A DNA stretch of 64,000 bases from positions 652,228 through 716,227 of the forward strand of contig NW_013657679.1 in NCBI RefSeq assembly GCF_000142905.1, written 5' to 3'. This document shows positions 12,107-24,500 of the stretch, piece by piece. The translations under genes and the position numbers were made by a program. Within the stretch, counting starts at the first letter, position 1, and every line of letters begins with the position of its first letter. Below the pieces are notes generated by a model. The model saw nothing but the letters and a program-made list of their open reading frames with translations, did no database searches and had not been told where the DNA came from. Source of the DNA: Thecamonas trahens ATCC 50062 (Eukaryota > Protista > Apusomonadida).

Positions 12107-14110
12107 ATGCCTGGGGCTGAGCCAGCTTGGCTAGAGTCGACGGATGAGAGCGTTGGATCCGCGACGGGAGCAACGGGTGTTGGTGGTGGTGGCGGGCGGT
12201 TAGCGTGGCACGATGTGACTTATGGTGAGGATGTAGGGCTGATGTGTGGCGGGAATGGCAAGGTGGAGGATGCACAGGTTGCGCTGGATGATGCGATTGA
12301 GGCTGGGTACTCGTTTATGGTGACGCAACTTGTGCGGTATCCGCGGGCTGGCGGGAAGGGGAGCGGGGCGAGCTCGTCCCGGAGCTCGTCGGGCGGAGTG
12401 GTGTCTGCGGCGGTTCCGGAGGGCCTCACTCATAGCGACCTGGTGCTCCGTGATCTGCAGAACGCCAACTGCTTTGTGGGCATCATCGGCGACTGGCTGG
12501 ATCTGGCGTACTCGGGCGCGCAAGTCGGCGGAGAGGACGTCAAGCACTCTGCGGCCGAGCTGAAGCGAGAGCTCGAGTGGGCGATCTACCTCGGGCTTCC
12601 CGCGGTGCTGCTGAACTCGCTGCCGGACTCGGCGTCTGCGCTGGCGCACCTGGCGATGCTCACGGTGGACTCGTTCCACACCATCCAGCTCCAGTTCCGC
12701 AATCTGTGGGTGCGGCTCTCTGTCGACTCGAACGAGGACCTTCGCAAGTTTGCGACGTTTCTCACGCTGGCGGCGCCGGTGTCATCGTTTGTGGGGGTGC
12801 TCCTCGAGCTCACACCGGAGCTGCCGGACGCGGGTATGCTCGCGCGGTGGCGCGGCGAGCCTGTTCGCGGCGTCCTCGTGCCGACCTCGCTGTTTGTCAA
12901 GAACAAGGCCGGGTACCCGGTCCTCCTCCGCGCCCATCAGGCGTTTGTCAAGTCGATGATCGAGATCGGGGCCCAGATCATTGTGCAGACGACCGACGGG
13001 ACGCCGGCGAGCGAGGCGGCGGCGTACGCCGAGTACGTGGAGCACCTGGCGTCGACGATGGAGCCGTCGCCAGTGGGCGGGTACGAGGACGAGCTGCAGG
13101 CGCCGCTGCAGCCGCTGCAGGACAACCTCGAGTCGACGACGTACGAAACGTTTGAGCGTGACGCACCCAAGTACAAGCTGTACCGCAAGGCGGTGCGGCG
13201 TGCGCTCGCGGACCTCCCGGACAACCTTAGCGTTCCCGGGCAAGAGCCCAAGGCGCCGTACGTGGTGATGGTGCTCGGCGGCGGGCGCGGGCCGCTGGTT
13301 GCGGCGTCACTGGCAGCGGCGGTCGAGGCCGGACGGGCCATCAAGGTGTACTGCGTGGAGAAAAACCCGTCGGCGCTGCTCACGCTGCAGATGCGGGCCG
13401 AGGCTGAGTGGGGCGGCCTCGTCGAGGTCATCGGGTCGGACATGCGGGCGTGGCAGCCGACCGAGCTGGCCGACATCATTGTCTCGGAGCTGCTCGGCTC
13501 GTTTGGCGACAACGAGCTCTCACCCGAGTGTCTCGACGGGGCACAGCGGCTGCTCAAGCCGGGCGGCATTTCGATTCCGGCATCGTACACCTCGTACGCG
13601 GCACCGATTTCGGCACACAAGCTTCACACCGAGCTGCAGCGGACCACGTCGAGCTCGCCGTCGGTGGAGATCAACATGCAGACGCCGTACGTGGTCTACT
13701 TTTCCAATGTCCATGTCCTCGACGCGCCGCTCCCGGTCTTCACCTTTGACCACCCGAACGCCGACATTGCGGCCGGAGGCATGGCCGACAACACGCGGTT
13801 CACCTCGCTGAGCTTCACACTCCCGCACGATGCCACCATCCACGGCTTTGCCGGCTACTTTGACTGCGTCCTCTACAAGGACGTGGTCATGTCCATCAAC
13901 CCAGAGAGCCACACGCCCGACATGTACTCGTGGTTCCCCATCTACTTTCCCATTCTCGAGCCCATCCACGGCAAGGCTGGCGAGCCGGTCGAGCTCCACA
14001 TCTGGCGCAAGACCACGACGTCCAAGGTCTGGTACGAGTGGGCCTTTACATCGCCCGTCCCTACTCGGGTCCATAACCCGAAGGGAACGTCATCGCACAT
14101 CGGGCTGTGA
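12107..14110 (+). CDS. PRMT5: protein arginine N-methyltransferase 5
   Basis: N-terminal TIM barrel (ELEWAIYLGLP, NKAGYPVL). LQAPLQPLQDNLES.TYETFERD, VLGGGRGPLV, VEKNP, ADIIVSELLGSFGDNELSPECLDG, MYSWFPIYFP, KVWYEW. Start placed at GCCATG 12107. Confidence 0.96.
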   Translation: MPGAEPAWLESTDESVGSATGATGVGGGGGRLAWHDVTYGEDVGLMCGGNGKVEDAQVALDDAIEAGYSFMVTQLVRYPRAGGKGSGASSSRSSSGGVVSAAVPEGLTHSDLVLRDLQNANCFVGIIGDWLDLAYSGAQVGGEDVKHSAAELKRELEWAIYLGLPAVLLNSLPDSASALAHLAMLTVDSFHTIQLQFRNLWVRLSVDSNEDLRKFATFLTLAAPVSSFVGVLLELTPELPDAGMLARWRGEPVRGVLVPTSLFVKNKAGYPVLLRAHQAFVKSMIEIGAQIIVQTTDGTPASEAAAYAEYVEHLASTMEPSPVGGYEDELQAPLQPLQDNLESTTYETFERDAPKYKLYRKAVRRALADLPDNLSVPGQEPKAPYVVMVLGGGRGPLVAASLAAAVEAGRAIKVYCVEKNPSALLTLQMRAEAEWGGLVEVIGSDMRAWQPTELADIIVSELLGSFGDNELSPECLDGAQRLLKPGGISIPASYTSYAAPISAHKLHTELQRTTSSSPSVEINMQTPYVVYFSNVHVLDAPLPVFTFDHPNADIAAGGMADNTRFTSLSFTLPHDATIHGFAGYFDCVLYKDVVMSINPESHTPDMYSWFPIYFPILEPIHGKAGEPVELHIWRKTTTSKVWYEWAFTSPVPTRVHNPKGTSSHIGL

Positions 14111-14264
14111 ATGAATGAGACACCGATCTTTAGCCTGCTCTCTGGGAGGGAGGTGCCCATGGCTCGGGATGAGCCGTCATCGCCTCGGCTCGGGCAGAAA
14201 CAGGGCTCTGTGCCACATGGTTAGGCGAGCGCACTTGCACTTGTCTGGACAAGAAAGTAGCGTC

Positions 14265-15287
14265 ATGGAGAGTGTTACCAATCGGTCGACGACCAGCTGG
14301 CTGGCATGGCTGGGGCAGGTGGTGAGCCGGGTGGCGTGGTCTTGGCTGAGCTGGGCTTGGAGGCTGGTGCTGCGGGTGGTGACCGGGCGGAGCGCTCTGG
14401 AGCGATTGCTGGCGGCGACGAGAGACAACCAGGGAGGAGAGGAGGCCGAAGCGAGGCTGCGGGAAGTGGTGCGCGAGCTTGAGCGAGGTTGGAGGGATGC
14501 TGCTGAGAGAGTCCGCCAGCATGCGGCCGGCTGGTCGCTGCTGGAGGATGATCACGGCGTGCTCGACGATCTGCTGAGCAGCGAGACCGAGGCCGTGGTG
14601 AGTCGGTTTGCAGGCGGAGGCGATGGGCTGGTTGCGGCAAGGGGATATGATGCGGTCAAGGACGGGCTGCGGTACATCGGCGTCCGGGCAGCGCTCGATG
14701 AGGCTGTGGTGGCGCTCAAGGTCCCGTATGATCGGACCGACGCCGAGCACGAGGACAAGCTATTTGCGCTGTGGGATGCACTTCGTCCGGGACTGGATCG
14801 GCCAGAGCGGATCTCACCCAAGTGGGGCATGCTCGGCTTCCAGGGCCGCGATCCGGCAACTGACTTTCGCGGCATGGGCCTGCTCGCGCTCGAGCAGCTG
14901 CTCTTTGTGGCGCAGTCGAGCGGGACCGGGTACCTTGCGGTTCTCGCCTGCGCCGAGGCGTGCGACGAGGAGCCGTTTTACCCATTCGCCACCGCCGGCA
15001 TCAACTTTACGGCCTTTGCGCTGGCAGCGCTTCGGCGTGGCGACCTCGACGGCGCGTTAATGGCAGCGGCGGCGGCCGTCGGCGCGCATCAGTGGACACT
15101 CGATGCGGCGATGGAGGTCTTCCACGCGTTCTATGCCCGGGCGCTCCTCGCCCTCCACGCCCAGTGGCGAGCCGAAATGCCCGAGGACATTATGGCCTTT
15201 CCGGGAGTCTCTGAGCGAGTCCAGGCCGCCATGGTTGCCAGGGTGCGGCGCGGCGATCTGAACGAGCTGCTGAGTCCTGGCTTGTAA
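14265..15287 (+). CDS. ELMO/CED-12 domain protein (ELMOD-like Arf/Arl GAP)
   Basis: HEDKLFALWDAL, WGMLGFQGRDPATDFRGMGLLALEQL, YPFATAGINFT, IMAFP. Confidence 0.92.
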   Translation: MESVTNRSTTSWLAWLGQVVSRVAWSWLSWAWRLVLRVVTGRSALERLLAATRDNQGGEEAEARLREVVRELERGWRDAAERVRQHAAGWSLLEDDHGVLDDLLSSETEAVVSRFAGGGDGLVAARGYDAVKDGLRYIGVRAALDEAVVALKVPYDRTDAEHEDKLFALWDALRPGLDRPERISPKWGMLGFQGRDPATDFRGMGLLALEQLLFVAQSSGTGYLAVLACAEACDEEPFYPFATAGINFTAFALAALRRGDLDGALMAAAAAVGAHQWTLDAAMEVFHAFYARALLALHAQWRAEMPEDIMAFPGVSERVQAAMVARVRRGDLNELLSPGL

Positions 15288-15500
15288 TGTGTGGAACGGC
15301 GCTTCGGCTGGAGCCGATGGAGCGGGGGTTTGACCGCATGCCGGTCACTTTGCCCACGTGCACTCGGCCAGTTTTGGTGCTGTCGTCAGCACTAGGCAAG
15401 ACTGGTCATTACAGCCGTGGTTTTTTGCAGAGTTTCGGTTTTTGATTGGCAACCACATCGCCTTTTCTCCTTGATCAAGGACCACACTTTGAAGACTATC

Positions 15501-16559
15501 ATGGCAGAGGCAACGACGACGCAAAAGGCAGTTGTGGCAACAGGCACGGGCGAGGACTTTGGATCGCACATTGTCATCGCGGACGTGGCAGCGCCGGCTG
15601 GAAGCCCCGCCGACGGATTTGTTCGGGTCAAGGTGGCGGCGGCTGCGCTCAACCCGGTCGACTGGAAGATGGTCAAGTACAACTTTCTGGTTGCGGTTGA
15701 GAACCAAGTGCTCGGATGCGATGTGGCCGGAACAGTGGTGGCGCTTGGCGCCGGGGTGGACGAGCTGGCTGTGGGCGACGAGGTCTTTGGCTTTCAGTCG
15801 ATCGACATCGCCAACGGCACGTTCCAGGACGTGCTGGACATTCCAGCGTACCTGCTCCTCAAGCGACCGGCGCATCTGAGCGCGACCGAGGCCGCGACGC
15901 TGCCCGTGGCACTCTACACGGCCGTGTTTGGTATCTTCCGCGACCAGCCTGGCGCGGGCGCGTCGCACGCGTTTGAGCGCGATGCGGCCGGCGGCGCGCC
16001 GTTCCTGGTCTGGGGCGGCTCGTCGTCGGTGGGTCAGGTTGTGATCCAGCTTGCAGCAGCAGCCGGCTTTCATGTCATCGCGGTGGCATCGGCCAAGCAG
16101 CACTCATACCTGCGCGAGCTCGGCGCGGCGGTGACGGTCGACTACCACGATGACGACGTCGACGCCCAGATCAGAGCGGCGGCCGAGGCCGCTGGCGCTC
16201 CGCTGCGCTACGCGTTTGACACCGTTTCGGTGGCGACGACGCTGCGCAGCGCCAAGCTCCTGGATGCGTCTGCTGACGCGCCAGGCTTTGTCACCACCAT
16301 CACGGACGTGCCCGAGGAGGCTGTCGCCAACGTCTCGGTCATCCACACGCTCATGGCCAACATCCACGCCGATGGCGACAAGAAGGCGTTCATGCTTGAC
16401 GCACGGAAAAAGATTGCTGCGTGGGTCGCCGAGCTCCCCGTCAAGAGCAATCCCGTGACCGTCATCGGTACAACATGGGACGCAGTTCCTGCCGGTCTCG
16501 AGCGCCAGCACGCCGGCGTCTCCTGCACCAAGCTTGTCATCGATCGCGCCGAGGCTTAG
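15501..16559 (+). CDS. MDR-superfamily enoyl reductase/quinone oxidoreductase-like protein
   Basis: VKVAAAALNPVDWK, LGCDVAGTVV, VGDEVFG, AATLP, LVWGGSSSVG. Confidence 0.92.
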   Translation: MAEATTTQKAVVATGTGEDFGSHIVIADVAAPAGSPADGFVRVKVAAAALNPVDWKMVKYNFLVAVENQVLGCDVAGTVVALGAGVDELAVGDEVFGFQSIDIANGTFQDVLDIPAYLLLKRPAHLSATEAATLPVALYTAVFGIFRDQPGAGASHAFERDAAGGAPFLVWGGSSSVGQVVIQLAAAAGFHVIAVASAKQHSYLRELGAAVTVDYHDDDVDAQIRAAAEAAGAPLRYAFDTVSVATTLRSAKLLDASADAPGFVTTITDVPEEAVANVSVIHTLMANIHADGDKKAFMLDARKKIAAWVAELPVKSNPVTVIGTTWDAVPAGLERQHAGVSCTKLVIDRAEA

Positions 16560-16650
16560 CCGCTTCTCAACAACTCGTTCGGGCGCATTGTTACAGTAAA
16601 CAAGTTTGTGAACGGATGAGCATCTTTCCTTGCCGCGTGCCTTGCCGTCG

Positions 16651-16701
16651 ACGAGCTCACGAGTCGACGACGAGCTCACGAGCTCACGAGCCGACGAGCC
16701 G
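16651..16701. repeat. short imperfect tandem repeat (GAGCTCAC/GACGAGCC units)
   Basis: acgagctcacgagtcgacgacgagctcacgagctcacgagccgacgagcc. Confidence 0.7.
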
Positions 16702-16739
16702 AAGCCCCTCCACCCCTTCCCCCCCCTCGCCGGTGATAG

Positions 16740-16978
16740 NNNNNNNNNNNNNNNNNNNNNNNNNNNNNNNNNNNNNNNNNNNNNNNNNNNNNNNNNNNNN
16801 NNNNNNNNNNNNNNNNNNNNNNNNNNNNNNNNNNNNNNNNNNNNNNNNNNNNNNNNNNNNNNNNNNNNNNNNNNNNNNNNNNNNNNNNNNNNNNNNNNNN
16901 NNNNNNNNNNNNNNNNNNNNNNNNNNNNNNNNNNNNNNNNNNNNNNNNNNNNNNNNNNNNNNNNNNNNNNNNNNNNNN
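16740..16978. other. assembly gap
   Basis: Run of N. Confidence 1.
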
Positions 16979-16987
16979 TCCGTGACT

Positions 16988-18478
16988 ATGCCCCGCTACC
17001 GCCATGTGCCTCGACTGGCAGTATCACTTGCTTTTGTGGTCTTTGTGGTCTTCATGGTGGCATGGCCTTCATCTGCGCCGCGCGGAGGGTCATCGGCACG
17101 CATGCTCGCCGAGTTCCGGAGCCTTCCATCGACAACGGGTGCATCACGGGCGTCACCATCATCACCGCCGTGCTCGCCATCATCATCGACATCATCCTTC
17201 AAGAGTGATCACGAGTGTAGGAAGAGTGGCGCATCACAGTCTGGTCGTCAACGGCAGGAGGGCCGTCGGCTATTGGGCGATGAGAAGGCCATCCGTGCAG
17301 CAGCAGAGGCATACATGGATGTGGTTCGGCCGGAGATGTTCAACTCGTCTGGAAGAGCAGGCATTCCGGATGACGACGATGACTGGCTGGATGGCTATGC
17401 TTCTCCTTGCTGGCTGGACGATGGCGGTGGGCTGAGGTGCATGCCGGCGTTCATGATCCTGGGTGTGTTCCAGGCTGGCGTCAAGGACGTCTATCTCCGC
17501 ATGGGCAGGCATCCGGCCATCCATGATGCGTCAGGTCTGCACATTCTGTTCTGGTGCGAGCCGCACAAGTGGGAAGACTATGCGGGTACCATGTCACGGG
17601 TTGCCGAGAAACACCTCCTCTCGGCACCGGACCATCTGGTCGGCGAAGTCTCCCCCGCTACGTTTGAGTTTATGTGGGCGCAGAGCACAGACTTGCTGCG
17701 ACCGACGTTTGCAAAGGCGGCCAGGGAGTGCTGGACAGAGCTGGGCGCGGGAGGACAGGAGCGGACTGACGCCGGCCGCGACAGGTGCATCCAAGAGTCG
17801 CGAGCGGCGGAGCTCGAGTTTGCTCGTGCGCATGGCGTGCCAGCCGGACGCGATGAGACGCTCTCGGCGTTCACCACGCCGTATCTTGTACGGGCGGCTG
17901 TGGGAACGTCGACCAAGCTCATTGTGGTGCTCCGCAACCCGGCGGATCGCCTCTACGCCGCGTACAACAAGTACGGACAGTACGACGCCGAGTATGGATT
18001 TGGCCCCGACGGCTTTGATGCTTACCTCGACGCACAGCTAACGCTGTTGGAGGAGTGTATTGCCAAATACTCGCGTTTCAAGTGCGCGCTCGAGTTTGAG
18101 GCCATCGAGTATCGGTATCAAGCACTGTTCTACCACGCTGACCAGATCATCAAGTCGATGTACGGTGAGTTTCTGCCCGAGTGGCTCGCAGCGTTCCCCG
18201 AGCCCAGCGCGCTGCTCGTCGTCACCCACGAGGAGTACGTGGCGGGACCCAAGCGTGTCCTCGCCCGCGTTTTTGATCACGTCGGCGTTGACTCGACGCT
18301 GACTACTGCCGCTTGGGACGACATTCTTGAAGGTGGGCCGGCGACGCTCAACGGACAGCCGTCACGCGAGCGCCAGCCAATGCATGCCGCGACCCGCGCG
18401 CGGCTGGACGCGTTCTTTGCACCAGACGTGGCGGCGATTGCCGACTATGTGGGTGACGACTCGCTGTGGCGTGAGTAG
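16988..18478 (+). CDS. type II membrane sulfotransferase-like protein (CHST15/HS3ST-like fold)
   Basis: N-terminal TM; LRCMPAFMILG; GEVSPA; KLIVVLRNPADRLYAAY (3'PB-like); LPEWLAAFP; RLDAFFAP. Confidence 0.8.
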   Translation: MPRYRHVPRLAVSLAFVVFVVFMVAWPSSAPRGGSSARMLAEFRSLPSTTGASRASPSSPPCSPSSSTSSFKSDHECRKSGASQSGRQRQEGRRLLGDEKAIRAAAEAYMDVVRPEMFNSSGRAGIPDDDDDWLDGYASPCWLDDGGGLRCMPAFMILGVFQAGVKDVYLRMGRHPAIHDASGLHILFWCEPHKWEDYAGTMSRVAEKHLLSAPDHLVGEVSPATFEFMWAQSTDLLRPTFAKAARECWTELGAGGQERTDAGRDRCIQESRAAELEFARAHGVPAGRDETLSAFTTPYLVRAAVGTSTKLIVVLRNPADRLYAAYNKYGQYDAEYGFGPDGFDAYLDAQLTLLEECIAKYSRFKCALEFEAIEYRYQALFYHADQIIKSMYGEFLPEWLAAFPEPSALLVVTHEEYVAGPKRVLARVFDHVGVDSTLTTAAWDDILEGGPATLNGQPSRERQPMHAATRARLDAFFAPDVAAIADYVGDDSLWRE

Positions 18479-18559
18479 CACATCGATGGCTGTGAGTGGA
18501 CACGGTTATGTTCTGTGTTGTTCACTTGCTCGACCGACCGTGTGGTGCGGTTTCAGCGG

Positions 18560-21500
18560 CTATGACGACGAGTCGTACGACGAGCTCGAGTCCTCGTCGT
18601 CGTCAGACGAGTCAGAGGTCTCTGCAGCCGGTGCCTTGGGCGGCGGGACTGAGGGGACGGACGGCTTGTCGGCCTTGGCCTCGGTCTTGCTGCCGCCTCT
18701 GGTCTCGACAAGGACGACTTCCTCGGTGGACGACGAGCTGGAGTAGTCGTCGTCGTCGGAGAGCGAGACGTCAGATGACGAGTCGATGCCGCGGGCGTCG
18801 TCGAGGTGGGCGTCGTCGGCGTCGCCGGGGAGACCGTCAGAGCCGGGGGCAATGTACTGGGCAAGCGACTCGCGGGTCTCCTTGTAGCCCTGCTCGAGAT
18901 CCTGGTGGTAGGCGTACTGGTCGTCCTTGATGAGCTCGCGGTTGAGGGCGATGGCCTCACCGCAGGCAGTGATAAAGGCAGCAAAGGCGGCGCGGAGGGC
19001 GGTGACGTGCTCGTCGGGAAACTTGCCGGCGTCGTCGCCGAGGAAGACGCGGGCAATCTCCATGGGCCCGGCGTTGACCTGGAGGCGAACCGAGCCCTGC
19101 AAGACAATCTGCAGGGTCTTGAGGTTGGCGGCATCGCCGCGGAGCTCGGCGCGGATCTTTTCGACGCGGCGCTCGATCTCCTCGAGCGCGTTCTCGATGG
19201 GCGTGAGGACAAACGAGGTCCGCTCGGCGACCCGGATGCGCTTGGTGAGGTACGGGAAGGCCTTCTCGACCTTGAGAATTGTCTTGCGCTTGTACTGCTG
19301 ATCGGTGGCACCGTGCGCCTTTCCGCCCTCGGTGAATGGCGTCTCAAAGATGAACGAGCGAAGGTTGGTGTTTCGCTCGTAGTACGTGACCCGCTCGGTC
19401 GCCTCGTGGGCCTCAAAGTACGGCTCGACCGAGGTGATCTGGACAAAGGCGGTGTTCGGATCGAGTGACTTGCGGTCGACGTTGGACGAGTCGCGGAGGA
19501 TGACGACCTTGATGCCTGCGGCGGCAAACTTGGTCTCGTAGATCTCTTGCAGGCGAGCGGTGAACTCGGCGAGACGGGTAATCTTTTCCTCGCGGTAGAT
19601 AAACTCCGCGCCGTCGAGATCCTCAAAGGCGGAGCCGTAAAAGCCGACGCGGTAGTAGGAGGAGAGGATACGGTTCTGGAACTCGATCGACTGCTGGATC
19701 TTGTCAAAGAGCTCGGCGAGGTGGCCGTGGAGCGCGGCGAGGCTCGGGTAGTTGCGCTCACGGGCGTAGATGGGGATAAGCATCTTGTAGACCTCGTTGG
19801 CGGCCTCCCACAGCTCGGCGGCGACAAGTTCATCGACGGCGGCGTGCAGGAGCTTGACAAGGCCCTCGCGAGTGTAGGTCGCCTCCTGGGTCACGCCCTC
19901 GGCCTGAGAGTGGGTGACGTCGGCAACGGCAGCCTCCTCCTCGGCGTTGCGGGTGATGGCCTTGAAGGCGGCGACGCCCTTGGGCAGATGCGGCTCGGGC
20001 TCGGTGCAGAAGAGGAACTCGGCCGAGAGTGCCGCGAGGTGGGTCTGGCACATCGCGGCCTCCATGATCTGGCCATTAGCCTTGTGGAACTTCATGAGCT
20101 TGCGGAGCCAAGTGACCCGCAAGTTCGGCGCGTTCATGTAGCCCTGCGCGATGCGGTGGAGCAGATCGCCCTTCATCTCGACATCGCCCTTGGCGGAGTT
20201 GAGAAGCGCCGAGTTGCGGAGGATGTCGAAGAACCGCTCCATGAGCTCCGTGACCTGCTCGCGGAAGTCAAGCTCGTCGCGCGACTCGGGTGAGGTGTCC
20301 TCCTCTGAGTAGCGGACAATGGCGCGAAGAGCGCGGGTGACGTTGCGGTCGTCGCGGAGCTCTTCGCCGGCAAGCTCCGAGAGCGCGTTGGTCGCCTGGA
20401 GCTTCATGCGCGAAAAGTCGCGGTAGCCAGTCGGGAGCTTAAAGTTGACCTTCATGCACAGGTAGATGAGCGCGGTGGCCTCGCCACGGATTACGGCCGA
20501 GACCGAGTTGCAGTGGACCATGACCAGGCGCATGAGGTCGCAGCAGTACGGGTTGTCACCCATGAAGAAGATCGAGTCGAAGCGCTGCACAAACGACCGA
20601 AGCGACGCGTAGAGCGCGCGAACAAGCCGCTCGCTCTGATGAGTCTCGAGCAGCGAGAGGTAGACGGAGAAGACGCCCGCAAAGAGCGGCGTCTCGCCGG
20701 CGTCCTTGCGGAGACGGCCGTCAAAGAACTTGACAAACGTCTCCATGACGTCAAGAACCACCAGCGAGACCTCGGTGGCGAGCGTAGTCTCGAGTGCGAC
20801 GTCAAACGGGGTGACGTCGACCGACGCCGCCGCCGCGCGCATCATGGACATACGGCCGGCAGTGAGCGAGCCCGTGTTCGGGCCGAGGACAGAGGTGTCG
20901 CCATCACCGGCGCTCGGTCCGGCGGATGCGTCGCTGCCGCGCGCAACCGAGGCGCGGCGGACCGACGACGGGCGAGTGGTGGTACCGGACCGACCGCGGG
21001 TGCGCTTGATGGTCGAGCGGCCCGAGGTCCGCGACATGGATCCCCAGCCCGAGGCTGCGGACATGAGACCGGATGATGTGGAGGCGGACGCGGCCCAGGC
21101 CGCGGACGAAGAGCGGCGGGTTCCGCCAGTGCCCGAGTACATGTCCTCGAGTAGCTTTTTGTTGGCCTTGGACTCGGCGACGGCGGCCTCCTTGATGCGT
21201 TGCTCGCGGAGAGAGACCTGGCCCTGGTACTCAAAAGCTTCGAGGACGGTGGAGAGAAGGGCAAAGAACTCCAGCAGGATTGACTCGGCCTCGTGGTCCC
21301 ACCACGAGCGGAGGAGCCGGCGCGAGCACCGCTTGAGAAGCCAGACAAGGCCAATGAGCGCCTCGCGCTGCTCGGCGCGGTCCCATTCGTCGCGGACGCG
21401 TGGGAGACAGGCGAGCATGCGGACGTACGGAAAGTAGGTGGCGGCGATCTGGGCGTGAAGCCCAGCGCGCTCGCCCTTGTCGCCGTTGCCGACTCCTTCG

Positions 21501-24500
21501 TCATCTGCGTCGCGGAGCGCAAGAACCCGTGCGTCGAGCTCGTACTTGAAGAACAGATCGCGGAGGAGGGCGAGGCACTGGGCCCGGATGGTGCGCTCGA
21601 CGTTGTCGAGGCCTGACGCAATCTCAAAGAGCAGCAGCGACGAGAGCGGGTGTGCGGTCCAGAACCGAGCAAGAAGGGCGTCGTTTGTCGACGACTCGGC
21701 AGCAGCAAGGAGCGCGTTGGGGTCGGCGATCACCTCCGAGTTGGGCGGGGGCGGGACAAGTAGGTCGACGTCCGACGGCGAAGTCTTGAGCGGCGACGAG
21801 GCCGAGGCCGAGCCGGACTCGTCCTCGTCAGGCAGGGTGTCAGGTGCAGCCATGCGAAGAGGGCCTTGGGTCGGGACCGAGAGCAAGTAGTCGACGGTGT
21901 CGAGGCCTGGAAGCGAGAGCGAGATGGCGTGCTCGTAGTCGCAGACAATCTTGAGAAAGTTGAGCTTGATGCGGTAGAGCGAGTCGGTGAAGCCCGGCGT
22001 GGCCGGCGTGAACTGGCGGACGTAGCGCTGAACAACGACGTAGACAAAGCCGCGGTTCATGAGCGCAAACAGGTCGCGTGCAAAGAGGGCGAGCGCGGCG
22101 TTGAGCTGCTGCGCAACGACGAGGCCGGTGGAGGAGAGGACAAAGACGTGCTTGCGGAGGAGCTCAAAGACTTGGGCAACTGAGTGGCGGAACGGGTGCG
22201 GAAAGCGGGCTGGGCGGGCCGGGGCGGGCGGGCCGTCACCGAGGCTAGTGCCACCGGCGGCGCGGGTCTGGGCATCAAGCCAGAGGGTCATCGACTTGAC
22301 GACAAGCTCGAAGAGGACAGCCGCGTGTGCAGCGCCCGACTCGGAGGCGGGCGTCTTGGCATTGGCGAGGAGCGGGAGCCAGACGTCGAGGATGCCGGAG
22401 AAGAGGCGGCCTGCGCGCGACGGAACCGAGGCGTCGGCGTCGGCCTGGTCCGAGCACTTGGGTGGCAAGAGGAAGGTGTCCTCGTCAAAAATGTAGTTGA
22501 CCCAGTTGGTGAGGATCGAGTGCGGGCCCTGGGCAGTATGGAGCGAGGCCTCGACGAGAATGTCCATGGTGCGAAGGAGGGCACGGAAGGCAAGCTCTGC
22601 GACGCCCTGCTTGCGGACGCCGTTCTCGATGGAGGTTTGGCGACCGTAGAGGGCGACGTTGAGCAGGTAGTGGAGGAGCAGGTGGCCGTGGGCAACAGTC
22701 TGTGAGCAGGCGACGCGCTCGAGACCGATGACGGCAGCCTTCATGACAGGCTCCGAGTCAAACGAGGTGTGGTAGACGTGGGTAAACTCGTGGAGGGCCG
22801 GGTCCTGGACAAGGACGGTGGAGGCGAGGGTGGTGCGAAGGGCGAGCATGGGCTGGCCCTTGTCTGCAGCGGCGTCGGAGAGGTCGGCGGTGAGGTAGCC
22901 CGGAGCGAGATCGTAGACCAACGGCAGGCCGTAGAGGCCGTCGCCGATAACAAGGGCGGAGGAGCCGGCCTTGTGGTAGACAGCGTCACGGGCGCAGGCG
23001 ACGCCCGGGGCCGACAGGTCGGTGCCGAGCACATCTGACGCCGAGCTCGCCTTGGGCGCGAGTACAATGTTGAGCGGGCAGTCGTAGATGGCGGCGGTAG
23101 TGAGCGGGAGGACGGCATAGCCGACGATTTCCTCGACGGGCGGGGCGTTCTTCTTCTTCTTGGGCAGCTTGACGTTGACGTGAAAGACGGTAAAGAGGAG
23201 ATGGGTACCCGGCTCGAGGGCAAGCGGAAGCTCGAGCTTGAACTCGTCCATGAACGACGGGTTCTTGACTTGGAAAGCGACCGACGATTGGGCGTATGCG
23301 GTGCGCGGCTCGTCGAGCGCGCCGCCGTAAAAGGTGGCGAGCACGTTGTCGTCAGGGCCAATGGAGGCGTCAGACGACTTGAGCTGGACCCGGACGCCGA
23401 GATTGAGCTTGGCCTTGATGGAGACCTTGACCTTTGACGCATCAAGCGTGTCGAGCGAGAGATGAAGGTTGTTGACAAAGGCGCGGCCCGGGAGTACGGC
23501 CTCGGACACAAATGATTGCTGGACGCGGATGACGTCTGCGACGGCGGACGGGAGGTCGTCGGACGGAAGCAGCGGCTGGGCATACTTGACAAGCGCGCCT
23601 TGCGGCGGGCACTCGCCGTAGATGATGTGGCCTGTAGAAAGGTTGAAAAAGTAGACGGTGTCGTCTTCGTAGTCATAACCCTCGACCCAGAGGTCAGGAA
23701 GGCCCGGACGAGGGTCTAGGTCGACACCGGGCGGAGGCGGCATGGCAGCGGGCATTTTCTCGGCCACGGCGGCCCAGGCGTCGGCAATGGCGGCGGCGGT
23801 GTCAGAGTCGGGAGGGATGGCGGCCGGGGCGAGCGGGGCGAGCGCCGGCGAGTAGCGGCCAGGCGGAGCGTAGCCCGAGGCCGGCGCGGCACGGACCGAG
23901 TACTTGAGCTTGCCGGGAATGGCCTTGAGCTTCTTGACGTTTCCGGCCTTGATGGTCTCGTGGATGGTGGCGAGGAGCTTGGTCTCTGACACAAGCTTAG
24001 AGAGGCGGAAGAGGCGGGAGCAGGTCTGCTGGCAGGTCGGCACGCCGCGCTTGGACACGGTGACCTTGCCGGACTTGTCAAAGAGTGGGATAGCGGCAAA
24101 GGCAAAGTCCTGGCGATAGGCACCGAGACGACGGCAGAACTCCTGGGCGGCCATGTGGTACTTGCCGGGATCCTTCTTGGCGTGCTTGATGTAGGCGTCA
24201 GCAGCGTCTTCGTAGTCGCCCTGCAGGACTTTGGAGATGCGAACGACGAGCCACATGTCAGCGTGCGGGTACATGATGGGAAAGGCGACACGACGGGCCG
24301 AGGTGACTGGGAACTCGGGGATGTCCGCGCCGTAGATCATGGTGCAGAGGTGCGGCGGATTGAGCGAAGTCGAAAAGTAGTCAGTCAGCCGCGAGTTGTG
24401 CTTGAGGTCAAAGACAGCGGCCGAGACAAAGAAAGGCTCGATGTCGCCGAGCTCAAACTCGAGGCCCTCGAACGAGATCTCGACAATGGAGGCCGCCGAA

